Source: Acidobacteriota bacterium
Lineage (GTDB): Bacteria; Acidobacteriota; Blastocatellia; Pyrinomonadales; Pyrinomonadaceae
Length of the DNA: 38,762 nucleotides
Assembly (NCBI GenBank): GCA_031362765.1
Contig: JANLTD010000877.1
Location: 1-38,762 of the forward strand
Direction of reading: 5' to 3'
Below are positions 29,331 to 37,379 of the stretch, piece after piece (position 1 is the first letter of the stretch; every line of letters starts with the position of its first letter). Position numbers and translations under genes: made by a program. Below the pieces are notes generated by a model, which saw only the letters and a program-made list of their open reading frames with translations, was not told the origin of the DNA and ran no database searches.

Positions 29331-30467
29331 TTATTTGTGCTCGATTTCAAATGCTTTTGTAAATCCTCCCGTTTTCCAATTTTGATCGTACAGTACTAAT
29401 GGCAATTGAGACTTCGGATTCCAGACACGACCTAATTCAATGCACGCTGAAACCGGCATAACCGGAAAAATATGAAGTTTGACATCCTCGCCATGAAATA
29501 GTTTTATTTCATCCAAAAGGCTTCGAATAACAGTTCTATATTCGCTTAAATGCTCCCTCTTGCGAATAAAATCATTGTTGGGATTATTGATTGTCAATTC
29601 CCAAATGGAACAGTCGTTGCCCAAAACTTTCTTTATTCTTTCATTGGAGATCGTCGCACTAAGCGAAAACTTGAGAGCAATGGTAGTGGTTTTGTGCTCG
29701 GGTTTATTGATAATGTAATTCACAATTGAAGGATCGTCTTCAAACCAAGCCCATGTTGATTCGGGTTCTTTTTTAATTTGGTAAACATCTGCTGGAAAAA
29801 TGTCTCCAAACAATGTGCCGAGTTTAATAAGCAGCGGTTGGGCAGCAAAACCGAAAATGGAATAGTGTTTAACGGGTCTTTCCGCTCGCATTTGAGTTAT
29901 CTTTCGCTCAAACAGTCTTTCTAAATTTCTAACTTCCGTATTCCAGAATTCTGGAGTATGGTCTTCATCCGCATTATTCTTGAGACTTAATTCTATGCAG
30001 CTTGCCTCAGCCGGGAAGCGAAATGGCACTAATCCTTCGTTAGCGCAATTTAAATTAAGAGGTGTATTATGTTTTCCAATATTCGACCCGTAAAGAACGA
30101 CATTGCTTCTTTTCTCATCTTTGATTTCCGTTAGAAGCCTAATTCTTTCCTCATGCTTGTGCTTCATACCCAGTAATCTCTCTTCTGGATGACCTGCTAT
30201 ATCTACTTTATCAATGAGCCGATGATGAATGTCGCAAAGCAACATTAAATTAGAAATTTCTTTAGCTAATAACGGAGAACGTATTATATCCCCGCGCGGA
30301 CCGCCCGGCTCGTCCGCAACGATATGTGCAACATATGCATAGTTGGATTTAACTTTAGTCAACAGATCTTCATAGAGAATTTCATTGCACCCGTCATACT
30401 CGCAACGCCCAGCAGATTGTGCCCATAAAATGAATAGTTTTCGTGGCGGAATTTTGGTTTTGCTCAT
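29331..30467 (-). CDS. cap5: CBASS effector, Cap5-like: HNH endonuclease fused to SAVED sensor domain
   Basis: N-terminal HNH (GRCEYDGC...YVAHIVADEPGGPRG...NLMLLCDIHHRLID), followed by a ~260-aa SAVED-sized domain ending HIFPVMPVSACIELGRVW. ATG at 30467 is preferred over the track's GTG at 30530. Confidence 0.8.
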   Translation of the reverse strand: MSKTKIPPRKLFILWAQSAGRCEYDGCNEILYEDLLTKVKSNYAYVAHIVADEPGGPRGDIIRSPLLAKEISNLMLLCDIHHRLIDKVDIAGHPEERLLGMKHKHEERIRLLTEIKDEKRSNVVLYGSNIGKHNTPLNLNCANEGLVPFRFPAEASCIELSLKNNADEDHTPEFWNTEVRNLERLFERKITQMRAERPVKHYSIFGFAAQPLLIKLGTLFGDIFPADVYQIKKEPESTWAWFEDDPSIVNYIINKPEHKTTTIALKFSLSATISNERIKKVLGNDCSIWELTINNPNNDFIRKREHLSEYRTVIRSLLDEIKLFHGEDVKLHIFPVMPVSACIELGRVWNPKSQLPLVLYDQNWKTGGFTKAFEIEHK

Positions 30468-30605
30468 AAGTATAAGTGTTTTAGGAATGATTCTAATTAA
30501 TATCCTTGTTTTGATTGTGTTCCATCTCACGCAATTTAGTTACCGAGGAACGCTCTTCGCTTCGCTTTCTTTGTCAATCAATTGATGATGAATAGTGCAA
30601 ATTAG

Positions 30606-30769
30606 CTGATACCAACGGATTTTGTGGTCAAATAAAGCTGTTGTTGAAAACAACAGGGTTAGCTTGACGACAATTTTGTGGTTGTAGCTTTGCACTTTGC
30701 AAAAAAGCTATGGTTTTCAAGGATTTTGTAGTTTGGTAAAAAGCCAACCACAAAATCCGTTGGTATCAG
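30606..30769. mobile_element. MITE-2: 164-bp element with perfect 23-bp TIRs and a 7-bp target-site duplication, inside the CBASS operon
   Basis: TIR ctgataccaacggattttgtggt (30606-30628) is the exact reverse complement of 30747-30769. It is flanked by aaattag at 30599-30605 and 30770-30776. Interior has extra ATTTTGTGGT-like copies and small hairpins. Confidence 0.8.
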
Positions 30770-30920
30770 AAATTAGCATTAGGTTAGTGATACCTGACTT
30801 TAATTTTTCTGAAAGAATTACTTCTTCGGAAGAATCTTAATTTTAGTCTGCTATTATGTAGGCTAAGTAAGACTGCTTAAAATGCGATCCAGTGAGATTG
30901 GCTTCATATAGCTTATAGTA

Positions 30921-31346
30921 CTACGGATGCTCCGCCCGACTACCGCACCATTCTCCAGTAGCTAACCAAATTTCATAATGAAGCAGCCAGAGTGATGTCC
31001 ACGGAATGATTGTGTTTGCTATCAGTTTCGAAGGCACCCATTCACCATACTTTGACCGGTAAAGGCAAAGAACTTTCCCTCCAAACACATGTGGAATCTT
31101 CTCGCCAGGTCGGGTCTTAAGAACTGGATCCAGAACACGGACCTCAGGTCGCTCGCCGAATCGGTATATGATTTGAACCGTATACACGATACTAAGGTGA
31201 GACGGATGAAGTTTCCCAATCCAGATCAACTTGGTGCCCTTGGTTAGGACAATTTTCGATTCTGGGAATTTACTTCTTAGCTCAACACTTTGTACCGCGA
31301 GTGAGAGCGAACGGTCTGAGGTTCGTCTCTGTTGATTAATCGCCAT
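30921..31346 (-). CDS. Stand-alone prokaryotic E2 (ubiquitin-conjugating-like) protein of E2-only CBASS
   Basis: IPHVFGGKVLCLYRSKYGEWVPSKLIANTIIPW parallels the UBC core HPN..G.ICL...W.P with a candidate catalytic Cys. 141 aa. The start overlaps the CD-NTase stop by 11 nt. Confidence 0.65.
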   Translation of the reverse strand: MAINQQRRTSDRSLSLAVQSVELRSKFPESKIVLTKGTKLIWIGKLHPSHLSIVYTVQIIYRFGERPEVRVLDPVLKTRPGEKIPHVFGGKVLCLYRSKYGEWVPSKLIANTIIPWTSLWLLHYEIWLATGEWCGSRAEHP

Positions 31347-32520
31347 ACCAAGTGTTTTTAACGACAGTCGTGCCGACTGTGGAATTGAGTAAGCCCGATT
31401 GTGATTGCATCTTCAATTCACCTTTTATCTGACTTTCGTCAACACCTTGACCATATCGTTCCATGCTTCTGGTAACAACCTCTGATCCGAACGATTCGGA
31501 TAAGTGTTCAGCAATGTTATTCAGTCCCTGTTGCTGCAGGAGCAACTCCATGTCGTATTTGACTACTGACAACCATTCAAAGAAACGCTCGGCTCGCTGA
31601 GGAAATTCGTTCCATTTGTCAGCAAAATTCTCTTTTGGATTGACGGGATTCGGTATCCACCAATCCTCGTCAATTTTGCTGATACTGCCTTCCATTCTGG
31701 AAATTATTCTGGTTAATGCCTGATATAAATCAACTTCATTTTGATAAGCCTGTGCTGCTAGCGTTGTGATTATTACAGAAATAGGTTTGTCATCTGGGTC
31801 TCCTTGATATCTAATGTCACGATGACGTTTTAATATCTGGACGGAGATCCGGAGTGGTGTTTTCACAGTGTCTTCTGCAATCTTTTCAACCTCTACGTTT
31901 CCAGCACGAGCCATCGAAGCTCGTTTTGTTTCAAATGCAACCGATTCTCTCTCTCGGAACCAGTATGCATAAGCTTTAGGGTTGCTGTGCTGCCACGCAC
32001 GAAGTTGTTTATCGGTCAACAAAATACTTGTCTCAATTGAGCGGTTGAACAGATTTCCTTCTTCATCTGGTAAAGCCGGTAGGACATCCATGTGAAAGCG
32101 ACCGTTATAATTCATCGCCCAACATCGGCGGCGCCTTTCCAATTTTGGTATTTCCTTCCCTTCTCGTTTCCGATGTTCGATATATCTTTTCAGTTGTTCA
32201 CCAGCTCGCTCGACCAATTCCTCCTGTGAGATATTCGTTTTTGACAGGTAACGTAGATAAACAAGGTCTACATCGTAACCGCAATCTGAGGAAATCGGCT
32301 GGATGGACGTTCCCAAACGCACCGACCCTTGTGGGTAAATCTCCGAGTTTGTTCGATAGAGATCTTCATTATCTTTTCGAATCCACGCTCCGAGATGGTT
32401 GTATTTCCTAACCATCTCCTCTCTTAAGGCGTTTGGTATGTCCAGGTCGCTTGCAATCAGCGTCAATAAATTACCAAGCTGCTGCTCCCGTGTCATACCG
32501 ATACTTATTCTGTCATCCAT
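31336..32520 (-). CDS. CD-NTase (cGAS/DncV-like, SMODS-type nucleotidyltransferase)
   Basis: Pol-beta NTase signature YPQGSVRLGTS ... YDVDLVY ... FHMDVLPA. SD gggagg lies 8 nt upstream of the ATG. The C-terminus is ...NTWYGD. Confidence 0.8.
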   Translation of the reverse strand: MDDRISIGMTREQQLGNLLTLIASDLDIPNALREEMVRKYNHLGAWIRKDNEDLYRTNSEIYPQGSVRLGTSIQPISSDCGYDVDLVYLRYLSKTNISQEELVERAGEQLKRYIEHRKREGKEIPKLERRRRCWAMNYNGRFHMDVLPALPDEEGNLFNRSIETSILLTDKQLRAWQHSNPKAYAYWFRERESVAFETKRASMARAGNVEVEKIAEDTVKTPLRISVQILKRHRDIRYQGDPDDKPISVIITTLAAQAYQNEVDLYQALTRIISRMEGSISKIDEDWWIPNPVNPKENFADKWNEFPQRAERFFEWLSVVKYDMELLLQQQGLNNIAEHLSESFGSEVVTRSMERYGQGVDESQIKGELKMQSQSGLLNSTVGTTVVKNTWYGD

Positions 32521-32550
32521 AATTTGTTACCTCCCGTTAAACTGTCCTAG

Positions 32551-32596
32551 TTAATTTTCAGAAAGCTCCCATTAAGCTTTCTCCAATCAAAATTAA
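32551..32596. promoter_or_regulatory. 46-bp nested palindrome immediately upstream of the CD-NTase gene
   Basis: ttaatttt-c-agaaagct-cccatta-agctttct-ccaatc-aaaattaa. The outer (8 bp) and inner (8 bp) arms are both perfect complements. It lies 31-76 nt upstream of the cdn ATG. Confidence 0.5.
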
Positions 32597-32652
32597 CCAC
32601 CATTTATCCTAAAGCACATTCAGTGAAGAGACTGAATAACTACTTAAAAAAA

Positions 32653-33234
32653 TTATTCCACCATTGTGTAGATAAATTGATCCCGACCAGCATCCGACCT
32701 GTCTTTCTCACGTTTTACCAACCCCAAGTTAAACAACTTCGTTAATCTTTCGTTAGCTGTCGTATGATTGATGTTTAGCTGATCTTTAATATGATTAGCC
32801 GTTAGAGGCGACCGAGCATTCGCAATCAACTCAAACGTTTCAATATATGTCTTGTGCAATTTGCCGATGATTCTGTATCCATCACCTTTTCTTTCCAGCA
32901 TTGCTAAACCTAAACCCTCGAGAGCACTGATTAAATTTTCTCGTGTGTAATCGGTCAGATGTTCGACGGCTAAAAACTTATCAGTGAATTCCCCATTACG
33001 CGATAAGACTCCTTTTCCAAACAACTCATTAGCAAATGAAAAATCGAAAACCTCAATGTCTTGAACGTCGATGATCACTAATTCGAAAGATCCCGCCTTC
33101 TCAAAAAGCTCTCTCAGCTCCTTTCTAAAGAGCTTAGCTTTCTCACGCGTCCAAAGTTGCGAATCGCCGTTTCTATATAAAATAAGTCTTTCAGCCATCC
33201 TGTTCAGTGTAAGTACTGAATGAGCTTTTGTCAA
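32653..33234 (-). CDS. STAS-like (DUF4325-type) domain fused to a C-terminal winged-helix DNA-binding domain
   Basis: REKAKLFRKELRELFEKAGSFELVIIDVQDIEVFDFSFANELFGKGV fits the DUF4325/STAS-like pattern. The C-terminus LTANHIKDQLNINHTTANERLTKLFNLGLVKRE is a wHTH. Start is TTG at 33234 (3 nt after the upstream stop) or ATG at 33198. Confidence 0.6.
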   Translation of the reverse strand: MTKAHSVLTLNRMAERLILYRNGDSQLWTREKAKLFRKELRELFEKAGSFELVIIDVQDIEVFDFSFANELFGKGVLSRNGEFTDKFLAVEHLTDYTRENLISALEGLGLAMLERKGDGYRIIGKLHKTYIETFELIANARSPLTANHIKDQLNINHTTANERLTKLFNLGLVKREKDRSDAGRDQFIYTMVE

Positions 33235-33237
33235 GAA

Positions 33238-34092
33238 TTAAATTTGAGGTAGCGATAAGACAACAGTGACTCCCGGCATGGGTACAGAATAAAAGGAAAG
33301 CGTTTGATTTTTGTCAGCCCGATAATAAAACGTGGCGGATCCGGATGTGATTCGTAGGGAACCCAAATACTTCTCGACAATCCTGATCAGGTGGTAAAAA
33401 CCTGTTCCACGGGTCGGATCATCATATTGCGATAATCCGAGCTCTGTCGCCAGCTTGATTGCTTCAAAATCGCCTTTAAAAGCAGGAGTTTTAGGGTTTT
33501 CTCTCAGAGTTTGTGCCAGACCTACTCCACAGTCCGAAATTCCTATCTCCATAAATGAGCCTCCTCCCGAATTGAAAAGCTGTAGTGAGAAAAAGCCACA
33601 AGCTTCCTTATTGTGATCAATCGTATTTTGGCACATTTCTGATAAAGCGATTCCCAAGTTAAACGCATCATTTTTCGGATACTTCATTTCACCCCTTAGA
33701 GTATTGATCGTCCTCTTAAGTATCGGGTCAAGATCATTATGGTTTTCAATTTTGGTTAATTCAATTAGTTTTGTATCTAAACCCTTCCAATCGTCATAAT
33801 CGACAAGACGAGTCGGAAGTATCTGAGGATCAAAACGAACTATCTCACATGCAACATCAAGAAAACCTGATTTGACGAAGTAGTTCCTCAAATTTGGATT
33901 TGCGACCTTTATTTTCAGCGTTCGTCCTTTTTTAGAAAGATCGAAGCACAAAGCTGTCAGCGGCACCAGACCGCCGGGGCTGATGAAAGTAAAATTACTA
34001 AGATCCAAAACTGCATCCGTTGTTTCTAATAATCTTTGGTTACGAACTATGTCCGTAAAGGTAGTCGAAATGAGCTTATTAATGTTTGACAT
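33238..34092 (-). CDS. STAS-like N-terminal domain fused to GHKL (RsbW/SpoIIAB-type) ATPase/kinase domain
   Basis: N-terminus VLDLSNFTFISPGGLVPLTALCFDLSKKGRTLKI (STAS-like). GHKL N box LSEMCQNTIDH, G1 ISDCGVGL, G2 DPTRGTGFYHL. SD ggag lies 8 nt upstream. Confidence 0.65.
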   Translation of the reverse strand: MSNINKLISTTFTDIVRNQRLLETTDAVLDLSNFTFISPGGLVPLTALCFDLSKKGRTLKIKVANPNLRNYFVKSGFLDVACEIVRFDPQILPTRLVDYDDWKGLDTKLIELTKIENHNDLDPILKRTINTLRGEMKYPKNDAFNLGIALSEMCQNTIDHNKEACGFFSLQLFNSGGGSFMEIGISDCGVGLAQTLRENPKTPAFKGDFEAIKLATELGLSQYDDPTRGTGFYHLIRIVEKYLGSLRITSGSATFYYRADKNQTLSFYSVPMPGVTVVLSLPQI

Positions 34093-34318
34093 TTATTAAC
34101 TCCGAACCAATAGAGAATAAATATAAGGACAAAAACTGATTCGAGGCAGATTTGGAATCCCAAAAAACACACTTATAATAAAATATTTTCCGGATAAGTT
34201 CTAGAGTTTTGTAATACAAATTTTCCAAGCTGAGATTAAAATGGCAAAAATTCACTAATCCTTCAGTGGCTACTATTGATGAAAATAACTTTTATTCACT
34301 GTCAGTGACAATTCTCAC

Positions 34319-34492
34319 TCAACGAGCAATTATTGCCTGGCTATGTTTATCCTTCTTAAATCTGATTTTATTGACATGTTGACGTGTTGTTTCAAGATTA
34401 CTATGACCAATTGCATCCTGTGTTTCCAGTAAACCATTACCTTCAGCGACTATTCGGTCAAATGTATGGCGAAATTGATGGATATGAAAATG
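34319..34492 (-). pseudogene. Tyrosine-recombinase remnant (C-terminal 57 codons only)
   Basis: The minus-strand translation is HFHIHQFRHTFDRIVAEGNGLLETQDAIGHSNLETTRQHVNKIRFKKDKHSQAIIAR*. It aligns with the C-terminus of the 28065-29066 integrase. An in-frame TGA lies directly upstream, and the catalytic Tyr position is His. Confidence 0.75.
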
Positions 34493-34505
34493 TCAGATTC
34501 TAGCC

Positions 34506-34610
34506 TGACACTTTAGGGTAAAATTCTATAACTAATGACAGCTTATGGGTAAATGGTGACTGTAAGCTATTGATTCTAGGTAAATGTTCGTGACAGGTTA
34601 TGGGTTAATT
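34506..34610. repeat. IR-R: cluster of TGACAGCTTATGGGT-type motifs, inverted relative to IR-L
   Basis: tgacactttagggta (34506-34520), tgacagcttatgggt (34536-34550, exact reverse complement of the consensus), tgacaggttatgggt (34591-34605), plus GGTAAATG repeats. It starts about 14 nt from the break point of the integrase remnant. Confidence 0.7.
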
Positions 34611-34862
34611 TACATTTCTAACTTAAGAACTTCTCTTTTGTAAATAACTTTCTATAAATTAGATAATCATAAGCTATTTTTTATCTCCTAAATTCCAAAC
34701 TCGGCCGTCCGTAATTAACAAAAAGTTTGTTTCAGGATTCGTCGATGGTTAGCGCATTTCTAATCCAAATAATTGTGTTATGAGCTAAACAGTTCAAAAG
34801 CGAAGGTGTCAGTGTCTTTATGTAAGTGAATTTTCATGAATGATGAATTCGGCAGCTGTTGC

Positions 34863-35822
34863 CTAAAATTTTCTGTTAAAGGGTGGAACGATAAATTCGA
34901 TCGGGATTTTTTTAAGCCGTGAGTATTGGCGAATCAATCTAATAGCTTCTCTCAATCGGGGCAGATATTCAGTTGCTGTTTCCTGGTGAAATCCGATTGA
35001 GACGTAAACATCTTTCCCGGGATTTTTTTTCAAGATGGAGGCGTTTTCCTGAAAGACCTTCAACATATCGTCGCCCGTCATATAGTCGGAGAGACAGCCA
35101 TTATTTGGCAGCTCAAGAATTTTCTGTCCCTTTGAGGTTTGATAAATGTAGGGTTGGCTGATTGAATTTGTCTTGGACCACAGTTTGCGGACAAATCCGT
35201 ACAAATTATATTGCTCCCATTGGGGTTTTAAAAATTCGGCCGGCGTTGCCGAGGAATCTAGTGAAAAACCTTCGGCAACCAAAGCTTCCAACATATTGTC
35301 GTTGGCTTGCCAACCGCCCGCCCGAAAACTTTTGGGACGATCAAATCCTTCTCTTTGGAGAATCTCGACGCTTCGTGCAATGATCTTTCGCAGTTCCTGA
35401 TTAGTGTAGGCGGTCAGCACCACTTCGTGACCGCAATCAAAACTACAACCAGCTAAATTGACTTCCCCCATAACCATCGACGGAAAGGTGCGAAACCTGA
35501 CACCCGATGATTCAACCAGGCTTCGCCAGGCATGAATATGCAGAGCTTGTTCATCCTTCGGCCGTAAAATTGATTTGATTGCTTTAGTTACCTGAGCGGC
35601 ATCTGCCCGGGGTTTGGTGTAATAGGCAGCATTAAGAAAATTCTGTAAGGGAATGTCAGCAAAGTCGCGTCGAAAATCCTGAATTGATTTCAGATTAGAT
35701 TCCTGCAAATCTTCGCCTTCCCAGTCAACACTGACCACAATTAGAACCTTACCCTGAGCATGTGTAACTGAATTCCCCCACAAAAGTACGAGCAGGACGA
35801 AGATAAGGATTCTGACATTCAT
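34863..35822 (-). CDS. Secreted protein, possibly polysaccharide deacetylase (CE4)-like
   Basis: Signal-like MNVRILIFVLLVLLWGNSVTHAQG from the ATG at 35822. VVSVDWEGEDL, ALHIHAW and FRAGGW loosely resemble NodB-type motifs. The functional call is weak. Confidence 0.4.
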   Translation of the reverse strand: MNVRILIFVLLVLLWGNSVTHAQGKVLIVVSVDWEGEDLQESNLKSIQDFRRDFADIPLQNFLNAAYYTKPRADAAQVTKAIKSILRPKDEQALHIHAWRSLVESSGVRFRTFPSMVMGEVNLAGCSFDCGHEVVLTAYTNQELRKIIARSVEILQREGFDRPKSFRAGGWQANDNMLEALVAEGFSLDSSATPAEFLKPQWEQYNLYGFVRKLWSKTNSISQPYIYQTSKGQKILELPNNGCLSDYMTGDDMLKVFQENASILKKNPGKDVYVSIGFHQETATEYLPRLREAIRLIRQYSRLKKIPIEFIVPPFNRKF

Positions 35823-35996
35823 AAAATTGTTTTGATTTTGACGATTAAATATCACGGAATTTCCGAAATATGGTTTCCCTCATTCTAACTCTTTTCCAAA
35901 AGAAATAACAAATATTTGGAAAAGCGGATAGGGCTAACGCATCTTAATTTTTCAAAAACACTCAACTGTGGCAATCTCTGTTTTCAGAAGGAGATT

Positions 35997-36536
35997 ATGA
36001 AAAACTTTCTGACCGACAGTGAAATGAAAAAGTTTCTCGCCGCCACCCGCCACAGCCGTCACGGAGTTCGCAATTTCTGTTTGGTGCTGACGGCTTACCG
36101 GCACGGACTGAGGGTTTCCGAACTCGTTGATATCCGCCTCAAAGATTTGGATTTGGAAACCGGCAGGTTATTTGTTCGCCGGCTCAAAGGAAGTCTCTCG
36201 ACTCATCAGCCGATTGAAGGCGACGAACTGCGGGCGATCAGAGCGTGGCTCAGGGAAAGAGAAAATTATCCGAACTCAAGTTCAAATTATTTATTCCTCA
36301 GCGAACGCGGTCCGATGACCCGCCAAGCGATCAACTATCTGGTCGAACAAAACGGCATTCGTGCGAAACTAAATTTCAAGGTCAATCCGCATATGCTGCG
36401 GCATTCAACCGGCTACTACTTAGCCAACAAAGGCTGCGACACCAGACTCATCCAGGATTACCTCGGACACAAAAACATCACGCATACCGTTCGTTACACG
36501 CGAACCGCGCACCGCTTTGAAGGACTTTGGCGGTAA
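35997..36536 (+). CDS. Small FimB/FimE-like tyrosine recombinase
   Basis: ATG at 35997 with a strong SD aaggag. Motifs: AYRHGLRVSEL, HMLRHSTGYYLANKGCDTRLIQDYLGHKNITHTVRYT. About 180 aa, as in fimbrial-switch invertases. Confidence 0.85.
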   Translation: MKNFLTDSEMKKFLAATRHSRHGVRNFCLVLTAYRHGLRVSELVDIRLKDLDLETGRLFVRRLKGSLSTHQPIEGDELRAIRAWLRERENYPNSSSNYLFLSERGPMTRQAINYLVEQNGIRAKLNFKVNPHMLRHSTGYYLANKGCDTRLIQDYLGHKNITHTVRYTRTAHRFEGLWR

Positions 36537-36560
36537 ATCCTATGGAACATTTTTCCCGTT

Positions 36561-37379
36561 GTCGGGTAAGAGAGTGACATTACTGCCGCTCCCTCCCCTC
36601 AGAACCCCTCGGGCCAGTTTTCCGGCAAGAGGCTCAAGCCTTTGAAACGCTCTGTTGCAGAACGCGCCAGCTATTACAACTGACTCAACAATACTCAACA
36701 GCTGTTCACAGCTCTTACGAGTTAAAGGTGCACAAGCTAATCAAAAGATTGCTTTCATTTGCTTTCCTTTACAAAGTGAATTCAACTCCTTTTCTCGTTG
36801 CCAAAGACCAAACCGAAGTCTGCCCATTTTCACGTCGGGTAATGTTTCAACCCGTATCCGCTTCATTACAAAACGGCATTCGCTTTTTCGGTTTTCCTTT
36901 ACCCGCCTTCCTATCGGCATTGTTTACACGTTGCTTTTCTTGAACACATTCAAGAAAAAAGACGGGTTTACCACGTTTCATTTCAATAACCTCAATCGGG
37001 AAGGTGCAGTCTATTCGCCGATGGTGCTCATATCCGTGTTGAAGAACCCACAAATCTTCAAACCTGACCATTTACCTTTTTGGTCTCAGCCTAACAGCTT
37101 CTTTGGCTGATTTTAAATGACGACGCTTTAACGACTGTTCATATACATTCACCATTCGATTGAATCCTAGTCTTAAACCGTTTGAAGCTAACAGTTGTTG
37201 CCATTTCTCACAAAATGACAACCGATTGAATAATCGTCAGTACATTGTCCCGAAAGCTTTGCACAGGTTCGTTACCAAACCTGCACATTTCGGTAGAATA
37301 CAAATGACGGAACATTTGGTTAAATCAAGTTAAATCAAAGAACAAGTTTAACAATTATTGAAACGACTTCGTGTCGCAC
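36561..37379 (-). mobile_element. ORF-less group II intron derivative (about 0.8 kb)
   Basis: Same 5' end GUGCGACACGAAGUCGUUUC (37379 downward). Domains I-III are nearly identical to 27330-27890, e.g. a 67-nt identical run at 36961-37027 = 27478-27544. Domain V is GAGCCUCUUGCCGGAAAACUGGCCCGAGGGGUUC (36602-36635). Domain VI has a GUAA loop and bulged A, ending ...CCCGAC at 36561. The IEP ORF is reduced to MKAIF*. Confidence 0.85.

Noticed and set aside
35891-35924. Looked for an invertible promoter (fimS-like inverton) controlled by the FimB/E-like recombinase. Found a 10-bp palindrome cttttccaaa-N14-tttggaaaag upstream of its start.
   Set aside because: A single close-spaced palindrome is an operator or hairpin, not a pair of inverted repeats flanking a promoter-sized segment. 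No matching distal IR was found within about 1.5 kb on either side.
36655-37110. ORFs 36655-37110 (+), 36728-36943 (+) and 36847-37071 (-).
   Set aside because: All lie inside the ORF-less group II intron, whose sequence is explained by ribozyme domains I-IV. The equivalent region of copy 1 has no conserved ORF.
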